A stretch of 64,000 nt of DNA from positions 228,470,001-228,534,000 of the forward strand of contig OZ024740.1 of assembly GCA_964016885.1 (NCBI GenBank), written 5' to 3'. Below the pieces are notes generated by a model. That model did not search any database, was not told the DNA's origin, and worked only from the letters and a program-made list of their open reading frames with translations. Source of the stretch: Eledone cirrhosa (lineage: Eukaryota). Shown here piece after piece: positions 1 to 13,597 of this stretch. How positions within the stretch are numbered: the stretch's first letter is position 1; each line of letters opens with the position of its first letter. The position numbers and the translations under genes were made by a program.

Positions 1-1964
1 GCGATACATCATAGAGAGGGTTGGGAACGAACCCGGCTTTGGTGGGGCCCTGATAAATTTAGATCAGTCTAAAGCGTTCGATAGGGTGGACCATGGTTAC
101 CTGGATGCGGTGCTAGCGGCGGCTGGGTTCGGACCCGTTTTCAGGGGCTGGATCACTGCCATGCACAGCAGCCGCATCTGCTCTAGAGTCAAGGTGAACG
201 GCTACCTTTCGGAGCCGTTCGAAATCACCCGCTCCATCCGACAGGGGTGCCCTCTCTCCTCCCTTCTGTATGTATTGACTCTCGAGCCATTACTGCGGAA
301 GTTGGAGTTGTTGCAGGGCATCCCTTTGGAACCGGGATTGCGCAAAGCGGTGTCGGCCTACGCCGATGACGTAACAGTAATGGTGTCGACCGCCTCGGAA
401 ATCGAGGCAATCGGCACCTTACTAGAGGAGTACGAAAGGTTGACAGGGGCTAAGCTGAACCGGGACAAGTCAGTCGCTTTGCAACTCGGCGAGTGGAGGG
501 GCAAAGCGATGTCGTGCGACGGTATCGTCGGACGGTGGACGGAGGGCCCGGTGAAGTTGCTTGGGGTCTGGTTCGGACCGGACCTCCAGGTGGAGAAAAA
601 CTGGGGTGAGGTGACGAATAGGGTGTTTGCACTGACCCAGAAGTGGGCCGAGTGCAAACTATCCCTAAAAGGTCGGGCGGAGGTGGCGAACGCTTACATA
701 GCGTCCGTCATCTATTACCGCTTGACTGTCGTGCCTTGCCCGGGTGAGATCCTCGCCAAAATGGAGCGCGCCCTCTTTTATTTCCTTTGGAAGAAGAGGT
801 CTCCTCTAGTGAGGAGATCCATCTGCTGTCAACACCCTTTGAAAGGAGGGCTGGGGATGCCGTGGCTAAAAATGCGTAAACACGCATTGAGGCTAAGGCA
901 CCTCCACGTATTCCTCACCGGTCAACCGGTGTGGGCCCCGTTTGTGAGGCGAGCCTTCCCGAGGCTCGTCTCGCTCACCGAGCTACAGTCCTGGGTGAAG
1001 CAAAGACCGAGAAAACTGGGCGACTGGCACACCGAGTGTGCCCAGGCGCTCACGGCTCTCTGGCAGGCGGACCCGGCTATCGACGGAGACTCCACCTCGT
1101 CATTCTATAGAGGGCTGGTGGTTAGCGGGTGCGACGACGCCCTCGGAGAAGCCCTAGGCATGGAGGAGGACGAACTGGCCAGTCTATTCGGTAGGACTTT
1201 CGGCCCGGGACCTATGGACAACTTCCAGAAGTCCTTGGCCTGGCAGTGCTACCGAGGGGCTCTGCCCGTTCGGGATAAGCTCTACAGACACGGGCGCCCG
1301 GGTAGGGACCCCTCGAAAAAGATCTGTCCCAGATGCGTGCGCGACGAGGAAACCGTCGCGCACGCATTGATGCACTGCCCGCGCGTTGCCGATCTGTGGG
1401 GCTATGTCGAACGACTGCTGTCACGGGTGGGACCAATTAGGTTGACCACCGAGTCCATTGTAACGATCAAGCCGCCTCCCCCCTTCAAAAATGAAGGAGA
1501 GGCGGTCTTCCTCTGTGTAATAGCCATGGTAAAAGAGGCTATATGGTGGACGCGTCTGAAAGGGCTGAGGTCGGACACCTTTCTCTCCGGCCAACAACTG
1601 GTCCTTTTCTTCCGATACCATTTCGGAAGAAGGATCAGGATGGAGAGAGAGGTGCTCCACTCCAGCCAGTTTTATGAAAGGTGGGTGAAAGTTGCGAGAA
1701 TGGCCCGTGTGAATGGGCCTTCTCTCTACCTCAGCCTGTAGGTGGAACAGAAAGAAGGGAGCACCCTCTCTTTGTGCTCCCGTGGAGAAGGGTCGCACGC
1801 TTTTTTTCGGGGGTGTATGTGACCCCAAAACGATCCCTCCCTATTGAGGACCTTCTTGTTATTATTTTGTTTGTTATATTTTTCTTACTCGATTTTTATG
1901 TAAACTCCCCCCACCCATGTACATGTCCCTTTCTTTTGTGCCCTAGTGGCAAATAAACAGAAAT
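1..1964 (+). mobile_element. Tx1/L1-clade non-LTR retrotransposon, copy 1 (3' part, 5' portion outside window)
   Basis: Near-identical to 17070-19032. Carries RT motifs, the C-terminal zinc finger and a 3' UTR ending AATAAA (1952-1957) then CAGAAAT directly into satellite. Confidence 0.95.
2..1741 (+). CDS. ORF2 (reverse transcriptase + C-terminal zinc finger), 5'-partial
   Basis: Frame is open from the window start. Motifs DQSKAFD, RQGCPLS, YADD, KLLGV, CPRC-x8-H-x4-C. The track start at 86 (GTG) is not the real start. Confidence 0.93.
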   Translation, partial: RYIIERVGNEPGFGGALINLDQSKAFDRVDHGYLDAVLAAAGFGPVFRGWITAMHSSRICSRVKVNGYLSEPFEITRSIRQGCPLSSLLYVLTLEPLLRKLELLQGIPLEPGLRKAVSAYADDVTVMVSTASEIEAIGTLLEEYERLTGAKLNRDKSVALQLGEWRGKAMSCDGIVGRWTEGPVKLLGVWFGPDLQVEKNWGEVTNRVFALTQKWAECKLSLKGRAEVANAYIASVIYYRLTVVPCPGEILAKMERALFYFLWKKRSPLVRRSICCQHPLKGGLGMPWLKMRKHALRLRHLHVFLTGQPVWAPFVRRAFPRLVSLTELQSWVKQRPRKLGDWHTECAQALTALWQADPAIDGDSTSSFYRGLVVSGCDDALGEALGMEEDELASLFGRTFGPGPMDNFQKSLAWQCYRGALPVRDKLYRHGRPGRDPSKKICPRCVRDEETVAHALMHCPRVADLWGYVERLLSRVGPIRLTTESIVTIKPPPPFKNEGEAVFLCVIAMVKEAIWWTRLKGLRSDTFLSGQQLVLFFRYHFGRRIRMEREVLHSSQFYERWVKVARMARVNGPSLYLSL

Positions 1965-4900
1965 TTATCTGTGTAACTGTGTCTGTGTGTCTGTGTATCT
2001 GTGTATCTGTGTCTGTGTGTCTGTGTATCTGTGTAACTGTGTATCTGTGTCTGTGTATCTGTGTATCTGTGTCTGTGTATCTGTGTATCTGTGTCTGTGT
2101 GTCTGTGTATCTGTGTGTCTGTGTGTCTGTGTGTCTGTGTATCTGTGTATCTGTGTATCTGTGTCTGTGTGTCTGTGTGTCTGTGTATCTGTGTATCTGT
2201 GTCTGTGTGTCTGTGTATCTGTGTATCTGTGTATCTGTGTGTCTGTTTATCTGTGTATGTGTGTCTGTGTGTCTGTGTATCTGTGTGTCTGTGTGTCTGT
2301 GTATCTGTGTATTTGTGTATCTGTGTATCTGTGTATCTGTATCTGTGTCTGTGTATCTGTGTGTCTGTGTATCTGTGTATCTGTGTCTGTGTGTCTGTGT
2401 ATCTGTGTGTCTGTGTGTCTGTGTATCTGTGTGTCTGTGTATCTGTGTATCTGTGTGTCTGTGTATCTGTGTGTCTGTGTATCTGTGTATCTGTGTCTGT
2501 GTGTCTGTGTGTCTGTGTATCTGTGTATCTGTGTCTGTGTGTCTGTGTATCTGTGTATCTGTGTCTGTGTATCTGTGTATCTGTGTCTGTGTATCTGTGT
2601 ATCTGTGTCTGTGTGTCTGTGTATCTGTGTATCTGTGTCTGTGTGTCTGTGTGTCTGTGTATCTGTGTATCTGTGTATCTGTGTATCTGTGTATCTGTGT
2701 CTGTGTGTATGTGTATCTGTGTATCTGTGTGTCTGTGTATCTGTGTATCTGTGTCTGTGTGTCTGGGTATCTGTGTGTCTGGGTATCTGTGTGTCTGTGT
2801 GTCTGTGTATCTGTGTGTCTGTGTATCTGTGTATCTGTGTGTCTGTGTATCTATGTGTCTGTGTATCTGTGTATCTGTGTCTGTGTGTCTGTGTGTCTGT
2901 GTATCTGTGTATCTGTGTCTGTGTATCTGTGTATCTGTGTATCTGTGTATCTGTGTATCTGTGTGTCTGTCTATCTGTGTATCTGTGTATCTGTGTATCT
3001 GTGTATCTGTGTGTCTGTGTGTCTGTGTATCTGTGTATCTGTGTGTCTGTGTGTCTGTGTATCTGTGTCTGTGTATCTGTGTATCTGTGTGTCTCTGTAT
3101 CTGTGTCTGTGTATCTGTGTGTCTGTGTATCTGTGTATCTGTGTGTCTGTGTATCTGTGTATCTGTGTATCTGTGTATCTGTGTCAGTGTGTCTGTGTGT
3201 CTGTGTATCTGTGTATCTGTGTCTGTGTGTCTGTGTATCTGTGTATCTGTGTATCTGTGTGTCTGTGTATCTGTGTATCTGTGTATCTGTGTGTCTGTGT
3301 GTCTGTGTATCTGTGTATCTGTGTGTCTGTGTGTCTGTGTATCCGTGTGTCTGTGTATCTGTGTATCTGTGTATCTGTGTATCTGTGTATCTGTGTAACT
3401 GTGTCTGTGTGTCTGTGTATCTGTGTATCTGTGTATCTGTGTCTGTGTGTCTGTGTATCTGTGTATCTGTGTATCTGTGTATCTGTGTATCTGTGTGTCT
3501 GTGTATCTGTGTATCTGTGTCTGTGTGTCTGTGTATCTGTGTATCTGTGTCTGTGTATCTGTGTATCTGTGTATCTGTGTCTGTGTGTCTGTGTATCTGT
3601 GTGTCTGTGTATTTGTGTATCTGTGTATCTGTGTATCTGTGTCAGTGTGTCTGTGTGTCTGTGTATCTGTGTCTGTGTATCTGTGTATCTGTGTCTGTGT
3701 GTCTGTGTATCTGTGTCTGTGTATCTGTGTATCTGTGTATCTGTGTCTGTGTGTCTGTGTGTCTGTGTGTCTGTGTATCTGTGTATCTGTGTGTCTGTGT
3801 ATCTGTGTATCTGTGTATCTGTGTCTGTGTGTCTGTGTATCTGTGTGTCTGTGTCTGTGTATCTGTGTGTCTGTGTATCTGTGTGTCTGTGTATCTGTGT
3901 ATCTGTGTCTGTGTGTCTGTGTGTCTGTGTGTCTGTGTATCTGTGTATCTGTGTGTCTGTGTATCTGTGTATCTGTGTATCTGTGTCTGTGTATCTGTGT
4001 ATCTGTGTCTGTGTATCTGTGTATCTGTGTCTGTGTGTCTGTGTATCTGTGTATCTGTGTCTGTGTATCTGTGTATCTGTGTATCTGTGTCTGTGTGTCT
4101 GTGTATCTGTGTGTCTGTGTGTCTGTGTATCTGTGTGTCTGTGTATCTGTGTATCTGTGTCTGTGTATCTGTGTGTCTGTGTCTGTGTATCTGTGTGTCT
4201 GTGTATCTGTGTGTCTGTGTATCTGTGTATCTGTGTCTGTGTGTCTGTGTGTCTGTGTGTCTGTGTGTCTGTGTATCTGTGTGTCTGTGTATCTGTGTAT
4301 CTGTGTGTCTGTGTATCTGTGTCTGTGTGTCTGTGTATCTGTGTGTCTGTGTGTCTGTGTATCTGTGTGTCTGTGTATCTGTGTATCTGTGTATCTGTGT
4401 AACTGTGTGTCTGTATCTGTGTCTGTGTGTCTGTGTATCGGTGTCTGTGTATCTGTGTATCTGTGTGTCTGTGTGTCTGTGTGTCTGTGTATCTGTGTCT
4501 GTGTGTCTGTGTATCTGTGTCTGTGTGTCTGTGTATCTGTGTATCTATGTCTGTGTGTCTGTGTATCTGTGTCTGTGTGTCTGTGTATCTGTGTCTGTGT
4601 ATCTGTGTGTCTGTGTATCTGTGTATCTGTGTATCTGGGTATCTGTGTATCTGTGTCTGTGTGTTTGTGTGTCTGTGTATCCGTGTCTGTGTGTCTGTGT
4701 ATCTGTGTCTGTGTGTCTGTGTGTCTGTGTATCTGTGTATCTGTGTCTGTGTGTCTGTGTATTTGTGTCTGTGTGTCTGTGTATCTGTGTCTGTGTATCT
4801 GTGTATCTGTGTGTCTGTGTGTCTGTGTGTCTGTATCTGTGTATCTGTGTCTGTGTGTCTGTGTATCTGTGTCTGTGTGTCTGTGTGTCTGTGTCTGTGT

Positions 4901-7900
4901 GTCTGTGTGTCTGTGTATCTGTGTCTGTGTATCTGTGTGTCTGTGTATCTGTGTATCTGTGTATCTGGGTATCTGTGTATCTGTGTCTGTGTGTCTGTGT
5001 GTCTGTGTATCTGTGTATCCGTGTCTGTGTATCTGTGTCTGTGTGTCTGTGTGTCTGTGTATCTGTATATCTGTGTCTGTGTGTCTGTGTATCTGTGTCT
5101 GTGTGTCTGTGTATCTGTGTCTGTGTATCTGTGTATCTGTGTGTCTGTGTGTCTGTGTGTCTGTGTATCTGTGTATCTGTGTCTGTGTATCTGTGTCTGT
5201 GTGTCTGTGTGTCTGTGTATCTGTGTATCTGTGTGTCTGTGTATCTGTATATCTGTGTCTGTGTATCTGTGTATCTGTGTATCTGTGTCTGTGTGTCTGT
5301 GTATCTGTGTGTCTGTGTGTCTGTGTATCTGTGTGTCTGTGTATCTGTGTATCTGTGTATCTGTGTATCTGTGTGTCTGTGTATCTATGTGTCTGTGTAT
5401 CTGTGTATCTGTGTCTGTGTGTCTGTGTGTCTGTGTATCTGTGTATCTGTGTCTGTGTGTCTGTGTATCTGTGTATCTGTGTGTCTGTGTGTCTGTGTAT
5501 CTTTGTATCTGTGTATCTGTGTATCTGTGTATCTGTGTATCTGTGTATCTGTGTGTCTGTCTATCTGTGTATCTGTGTATCTGTGTGTCTGTGTATCTGT
5601 GTATCTGTGTGTCTGTGTGTCTGTGTATCTGTGTATCTGTGTGTCTGTGTGTCTGTGTATCTGTGTCTGTGTATCTGTGTATCTGTGTGTCTGTGTGTCT
5701 CTGTGTCTGTGTATCTGTGTGTCTGTGTATCTGTGTATCTGTGTGTCTGTGTATCTGTGTATCTGTGTCTGTGTATCTGTGTATATGTGTATCTGTGTAT
5801 CTGTGTCTATGTGTCTGTGTATCTGTGTCTGTGTATCTGTGTGTCTGTGTATCTGTGTATCTGTGTGTCTGTGTATCTGTATATCTGTGTCTGTGTATCT
5901 GTGTATCTGTGTATCTGTGTCTGTGTGTCTGTGTATCTGTGTATCTGTGTATCTGTGTGTCTGTGTATCTGTGTATCTGTGTATCTGTGTGTCTGTGTGT
6001 CTGTGTATCTGTGTATCTGTGTATCTGTGTATCTGTGTGTCTGTGTATCTGTGTGTCTGTGTATCTGTGTCTGTGTGTCTGTGTGTCTGTGTGTCTGTGT
6101 ATCTGTGTATCTGTGTGTCTGTGTATCTGTGTATCTGTGTATCTGTGTGTCTGTGTGTCTGTGTATCTGTGTCTGTGTATCTGTGTGTCTGTGTATCTGT
6201 GTATCTGTGTGTCTGTGTATCTGTGTATCTGTGTCTGTGTATCTGTGTATCTGTGTATCTGTGTCTGTGTATCTGTGTATCTGTGTATCTGTGTATCTGT
6301 GTATCTGTGTATCTGTGTCTGTGTATCTGTGTATCTGTGTATCTGTGTATCTGTGTGTCTGTGTATCTGTGTGTCTGTGTATCTGTGTCGGTGTGTCTGT
6401 GTGTCTGTGTGTCTGTGTATCTGTGTATCTGTGTGTCTGTGTGTCTGTATCTTTGTATCTGTGTGTCTGTGTGTCTGTGTATCTGTGTGTCTGTGTATCT
6501 GTGTCTGTGTATCTGTGTCTGTGTATCTGTGTATCTGTGTGTCTGTGTGTCTGTGTCTGTGTCTGTGTCTGTGTATCTGTGTGTCTGTGTGTCTGTGTAT
6601 CTGTGTATCTGTGTGTCTGTGTATCTGTGTGTCTGTGTATCTGTATCTGTGTATCTGTGTGTCTGTGTGTCTGTGTATCTGTGTATCTGTGTATCTGTGT
6701 ATCTGTGTCAGTGTGTCTGTGTGTCTGTGTATCTGTGTATCTGTGTCTGTGTGTCTGTGTATCTGTGTATCTGTGTGTCTGTGTATCTGTGTATCTGTGT
6801 GTCTGTGTGTCTGTGTATCTGTGTATCTGTGTGTCTGTGTGTCTGTGTATCCGTGTGTCTGTGTATCTGTGTATCTGTGTATCTGTGTATCTGTGTATCT
6901 GTGTAACTGTGTCTGTGTGTCTGTGTATCTGTGTATCTGTGTATCTGTGTATCTGTGTCTGTGTGTCTGTGTATCTGTGTATCTGTGTATCTGTGTATCT
7001 GTGTGTCTGTGTATCTGTGTATCTGTGTCTGTGTGTCTGTGTATCTGTGTATCTGTGTCTGTGTATCTGTGTATCTGTGTATCTGTGTCTGTGTGTCTGT
7101 GTATCTGTGTGTCTGTGTATTTGTGTATCTGTGTATCTGTGTATCTGTGTCAGTGTGTCTGTGTGTCTGTGTATCTGTGTCTGTGTATCTGTGTATCTGT
7201 GTCTGTGTGTCTGTGTATCTGTGTCTGTGTATCTGTGTATCTGTGTATCTGTGTCTGTGTGTCTGTGTGTCTGTGTGTCTGTGTATCTGTGTATCTGTGT
7301 GTCTGTGTATCTGTGTATCTGTGTATCTGTGTCTGTGTGTCTGTGTATCTGTGTGTCTGTGTCTGTGTATCTGTGTGTCTGTGTATCTGTGTGTCTGTGT
7401 ATCTGTGTATCTGTGTCTGTGTGTCTGTGTGTCTGTGTGTCTGTGTATCTGTGTATCTGTGTGTCTGTGTATCTGTGTATCTGTGTCTGTGTATCTGTGT
7501 ATCTGTGTCTGTGTATCTGTGTATCTGTGTCTGTGTGTCTGTGTATCTGTGTATCTGTGTCTGTGTATCTGTGTATCTGTGTATCTGTGTCTGTGTGTCT
7601 GTGTATCTGTGTGTCTGTGTGTCTGTGTATCTGTGTGTCTGTGTATCTGTGTATCTGTGTATCTGTGTCTGTGTATCTGTGTGTCTGTGTCTGTGTATCT
7701 GTGTGTCTGTGTATCTGTGTGTCTGTGTATCTGTGTATCTGTGTCTGTGTGTCTGTGTGTCTGTGTGTCTGTGTGTCTGTGTATCTGTGTGTCTGTGTAT
7801 CTGTGTATCTGTGTGTCTGTGTATCTGTGTATCTGTGTCTGTGTGTCTGTGTATCTGTGTGTCTGTGTGTCTGTGTATCTGTGTGTCTGTGTATCTGTGT

Positions 7901-10900
7901 ATCTGTGTATCTGTGTGTCTGTATCTGTGTCTGTGTGTCTGTGTATCTGTGTCTGTGTATCTGTGTATCTGTGTGTCTGTGTGTCTGTGTGTCTGTGTAT
8001 CTGTGTCTGTGTGTCTGTGTATCTGTGTCTGTGTGTCTGTGTATCTGTGTATCTATGTCTGTGTGTCTGTGTATCTGTGTCTGTGTGTCTGTGTATCTGT
8101 GTCTGTGTATCTGTGTGTCTGTGTATCTGTGTATCTGTGTATCTGGGTATCTGTGTATCTGTGTCTGTGTGTTTGTGTATCTGTGTATCCGTGTCTGTGT
8201 GTCTGTGTATCTGTGTCTGTGTGTCTGTGTGTCTGTGTATCTGTGTATCTGTGTCTGTGTGTCTGTGTATTTGTGTCTGTGTGTCTGTGTATCTGTGTCT
8301 GTGTATCTGTGTATCTGTGTGTCTGTGTATCTGTGTATCTGTGTCTGTGTGTCTGTGTATCTGTGTATCTGTGTATCTGTGTGTCTGTGTGTCTGTGTAT
8401 CTGTGTATCTGTGTGTCTGTGTATCTGTGTATCTGTGTGTCTATGTGTCTGTGTATCTGTGTGTCTGTGTGTCTGTGTATCTGTGTATCTGTGTATATGT
8501 GTATCTGTGTATCTGTGTGTCTGTGTATCTGTGTATCTGTGTATCTGGGTATCTGTGTATCTGTGTCTGTGTGTCTGTGTGTCTGTGTATCTGTGTATCC
8601 GTGTCTGTGTATCTGTGTCTGTGTGTCTGTGTGTCTGTGTATCTGTATATCTGTGTCTGTGTGTCTGTGTATCTGTGTCTGTGTGTCTGTGTATCTGTGT
8701 CTGTGTATCTGTGTATCTGTGTGTCTGTGTGTCTGTGTATCTGTGTATCTGTGTCTGTGTGTCTGTGTATCTGTGTCTGTGTGTCTGTGTGTCTGTGTAT
8801 CTGTGTATCTGTGTCTGTGTGTCTGTGTATCTGTGTCTGTGTGTCTGTGTATCTGTGTCTGTGTATCTGTGTATCTGTGTGTCTGTGTGTCTATGTGTCT
8901 GTGTGTCTGTGTATCTGTGTCTGTGTATCTGTGTATCTGTGTATCTGTGTCTGTGTGTCTGTGTATCTGTGTCTGTGTGTCTGTGTATCTGTGTCTGTGT
9001 ATCTGTGTGTCTGTGTATCTGTGTATCTGTGTATCTGGGTATCTGTGTATCTGTGTCTGTGTGTCTGTGTATCTTTGTATCTGTGTATCTGTGTATCTGT
9101 GTATCTGTGTCTGTGTGTCTGTGTATCTGTGTATCTGTGTGTCTGTTTATCTGTGTATCTGTGTGTCTGTGTGTCTGTGTATCTGTGTGTCTGTGTGTCT
9201 GTGTATCTGTGTATCTGTGTCTGTGTGTCTGTGTGTCTGTGTATCTGTGTGTCTGTGTATCTGTGCATCTGTGTCTGTGTGTCTGTGTATCTGTGTATCT
9301 GTGTATCTGTGTGTCTGTGTATCTGTGTATCTGTGTATCTGTGTCTGTGTGTCTGTGTCTGTGTGTCTGTGTGTCTGTGTGTCTGTATCTGTGTATCTGT
9401 GTATCCCTGTATCTGTGTCTGTGTGTCTGTGTGTCTGTGTGTCTGTGTATCTGTGTGTCTGTGTATCTGTGTGTCTGTGTATCTGTGTGTCTGTGTATCT
9501 GTGTATCTGTGTATCTGTGCATCTGTGTATCTGTCTGTCTGTGTATCTGTGTGTCTGTGTGTCTGTGTATCTTTGTATCTGTGTCTGTGTGTCTGTGTCT
9601 GTGTGTGTCTGTGTGTCTGTGTATCTGTGTATCTGTGTCTGTGTATCTGTGTGTCTGTGTGTCTGTTTATCTGTGTATCTGTGTATCTGTGTATCTGTGT
9701 CTGTGTGTTTGTGTGTCTGTGTATCTGTGTATCTGTATCTGTGTATCTGTGTGACTGTGTCTCTGTGTGTCTGTGTATCTGTGTGTCTGTGTGTCTGTGT
9801 GTCTGTGTATCTGTGTCTGTGTATCTGTGTGACTGTGTGTCTGTGTGTCTGTGTATCTGTGTGTCTGTGTATCTGTGTGTCTGTGTATCTGTGTGTCTGT
9901 GTATCTGTGTATCTGTGTATCTGTGTGTCTGTGTATATGTGTGTCTGTGTATCTGTGTATCTGTGTGTCTGTGTATCTGTGTATCTGTGTCTGTGTATCT
10001 GTGTATCTGTGTGTCTGTGTATCTGTGAATCTGTGTGTCTGTGTGTCTGTGTATCTGTGTCTGTGTGTCTGTGTGTCTGTGTATCTGTGTGTCTGTGTAT
10101 CTGTGTATCTGTGTGTCTGTGTATCTGTGTATCTGTGTCTGTGTGTCTGTGTATGTGTGTCTGTGTGTCTGTGTATCTGTGTATCTGTGTCTGTGTGTCT
10201 GTGTATCTGTGTGTCTGTGCGTCTGTGTATCTGTGTATCTGTGTATCTGTGTATCTGTGTATCTGTGTATCTGTGTGTCTGTGTATCTGTGTATCTGTGT
10301 ATCTGTGTATCTGTGTCTGTGTGTCTGTGTATCTGTGTGTCTGTGTATCTGTGTATCTGTGTCTGTGTGTCTGTGTATCTGTGTGTCTGTGTGTCTGTGT
10401 ATCTGTGTATCTGTGTATCTGCGTATCTGTGTATCTGTGTCTGTGTGTCTGTGTGTCTGTGTGTCTGTGTATCTGTGTATCTGTGTATCTGTGTGTCTGT
10501 GTGTCTGTGTATCTGTGTCTGTGTGTCTGTGTATCTGTGTGTCTGTGTGTCTGTGTATCTGTGTATCTGTGTATCTGTGTATATGTGTCTGTGTGTCTGT
10601 GTATCTGTGTGTCTGTGTGTCTGTGTATCTGTGTCTGTGTGTCTGTGTATCTGTGTGTCTGTGTGTCTGTGTATCTGTGTATCAGTGTCTGTGTGTCTGT
10701 ATATCTGTGTGTCTGTGTATCAGTGTATCTGTATCTGTGTCTGTGTGTCTGTGTGTCTGAGTATCTGTGTGTCTATGTGTCTGTGTATCTGTGTATCTGT
10801 GTCTGTGTGTCTGTGTATCTGTGTGTCTGTGTGTCTGTGTATCTGTGTCTGTGTGTCTGTGTGTCTGTGTATCTGTGTATCTGTGTATCTGTGTGTCTGT

Positions 10901-13409
10901 GTGTCTGTGTATCTGTGTATCTGTGTATCTGTGTATCTGTGTATCTGTATCTGTGTCTGTGTGTCTGTGTGTCTGTGTGTCTGTGTGTCTGTGTGTCTGT
11001 GTATCTGTGTATCTGTGTCTGTGTGTCTGTGTATCTGTGTATCTGTGTGTCTGTGTGTCTGTGTGTCTCTGTATCTGTGTATCTGTGTATCTGTGTATCT
11101 GTGTGTCTGTGTATCTGTGTCTGTGTGTCTGTGTATCTGTGTGTCTGTGTCTCTGTGTATCTGTGTGTCTGTGTATCTGTGTGTCTGTGTGTCTGTGTAT
11201 CTGTGTATCTATGTGTCTGTGTGTCTGTGTATCTGTGTATCTGTGTATCTGTGTGTCTGTGTATCTGTGTGTCTGTGTATCTGTGTATCTGTGTCTGTGT
11301 GTCTGTGTATCTGTGTATCTGTGTGTCTGTGTGTCTGTGTGTCTCTGTATCTGTGTATCTGTGTATCTGTGTATCTGTGTGTCTGTGTATATGTGTGTCT
11401 GTGTATCTGTGTATCTGTGTGTCTGTGTATCTGTGTATCTGTGTCTGTGTATCTGTGTATCTGTGTGTCTGTGTATCTGTGAATCTGTGTGTCTGTGTGT
11501 CTGTGTATCTGTGTCTGTGTGTCTGTGTGTCTGTGTATCTGTGTGTCTGTGTATCTGTGTATCTGTGTGTCTGTGTATCTGTGTATCTGTGTCTGTGTGT
11601 CTGTGTATGTGTGTCTGTGTGTCTGTGTATCTGTGTATCTGTGTCTGTGTGTCTGTGTATCTGTGTGTCTGTGCGTCTGTGTATCTGTGTATCTGTGTAT
11701 CTGTGTATCTGTGTATCTGTGTATCTGTGTGTCTGTGTATCTGTGTATCTGTGTATCTGTGTATCTGTGTATCTGTGTCTGTGTGTCTGTGTATCTGTGT
11801 GTCTGTGTATCTGTGTATCTGTGTCTGTGTATCTGTGTCTGTGTGTCTGTGTGTCTGTGTGTCTGTGTATCTGTGTATCTGTGTATCTGTGTGTCTGTGT
11901 GTCTGTGTATCTGTGTCTGTGTGTCTGTGTATCTGTGTGTCTGTGTGTCTGTGTATCTGTGTATCTGTGTATCTGTGTCTGTGTGTCTGTGTATCTGTGT
12001 GTCTGTGTGTCTGTGTATCTGTGTCTGTGTGTCTGTGTATCTGTGTGTCTGTGTGTCTGTGTATCTGTGTATCAGTGTCTGTGTGTCTGTATATCTGTGT
12101 GTCTGTGTGTCTGTGTATCTGTATCTGTGTATCTGTGTGTCTGTGTGTCTGTGTATCTGTGTATCTGTGTATCTGTGTATCTGTGTATCAGTGTATCTGT
12201 ATCTGTGTCTGTGTGTCTGTGTGTCTGAGTATCTGTGTGTCTATGTGTCTGTGTATCTGTGTATCTGTGTCTGTGTGTCTGTGTATCTGTGTGTCTGTGT
12301 GTCTGTGTATCTGTGTCTGTGTGTCTGTGTGTCTGTGTATCTGTGTATCTGTGTATCTGTGTGTCTGTGTGTCTGTGTATCTGTGTATCTGTGTATCTGT
12401 GTATCTGTGTATCTGTATCTGTGTCTGTGTGTCTGTGTGTCTGTGTGTCTGTGTGTCTGTGTGTCTGTGTATCTGTGTATCTGTGTCTGTGTGTCTGTGT
12501 ATCTGTGTATCTGTGTGTCTGTGTGTCTGTGTGTCTCTGTATCTGTGTATCTGTGTATCTGTGTATCTGTGTGTCTGTGTATCTGTGTCTGTGTCTGTGT
12601 GTCTGTGTATCTGTGTGTCTGTGTCTCTGTGTATCTGTGTGTCTGTGTATCTGTGTGTCTGTGTGTCTGTGTATCTGTGTATCTATGTGTCTGTGTGTCT
12701 GTGTATCTGTGTATCTGTGTATCTGTGTGTCTGTGTATCTGTGTGTCTGTGTATCTGTGTATCTGTGTCTGTGTGTCTGTGTATCTGTGTATCTGTGTGT
12801 CTGTGTGTCTGTGTGTCTCTGTATCTGTGTATCTGTGTATCTGTGTATCTGTGTGTCTGTGTATCTGTGTCTGTGTCTGTGTGTCTGTGTATCTGTGTGT
12901 CTGTGTCTCTGTGTATCTGTGTGTCTGTGTATCTGTGTGTCTGTGTGTCTGTGTATCTGTGTATCTATGTGTCTGTGTGTCTGTGTATCTGTGTATCTGT
13001 GTATCTGTGTGTCTGTGTATCTGTGTATCTGTGTATCTGTGTCTGTGTCTGTGTGTCTGTGTATCTGTGTGTCTGTGTCTCTGTGTATCTGTGTGTCTGT
13101 GTATCTGTGTGTCTGTGTATCTGTGTATCTGTGTATCTGTGTGTCTGTGTATCTGTGTGTCTGTGTGTCTGTGTATCTGTGTATCTATGTGTCTGTGTGT
13201 CTGTGTATCTGTGTATCTGTGTATCTGTGTGTCTGTGTGTCTGTGTATCTGTGTGTCTGTGTGTCTGTATCTGTGTCTGTGTGTCTGTGTGTCTGTGTAT
13301 CTGTGTATCTGTGTCTGTGTGTCTGTGTATCTGTGTGTCTGTGTGTCTGTGTATCTGTGTGTCTGTGTATCTGTGTCTGTGTATTTGTGTATCTGTGTAT
13401 CTGTGTCTG
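1965..13409. repeat. Irregular TG-rich satellite of mixed TCTGTGTA / TCTGTGTG / TCTGTG units, ~11.4 kb
   Basis: Directly visible 8- and 6-bp units. Rare variants recur at fixed offsets, indicating internal kb-scale duplications. Confidence 0.98.
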
Positions 13410-13597
13410 AGTCTGTCTGTCTGAGGATAGTAGACGTGTGTCATATCGCTCTGTGATTTGGATTTTTACCTGCTAATTTTGTGAGTGGATTTTTTTGAAT
13501 TATTTTGTATAATTAACTGTAACCCCTAGTCTGGGACTCTAGACGTCGGGTAAATATATTTTCACCCCTTTTGGGGTGAAAAATAAATATCTGAGAA

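Noticed and set aside
13432-13438. Canonical Inr+DPE promoter
   Set aside because: AGACG lies about +23 from the likely element start, not +28, so it is kept only as a motif note.
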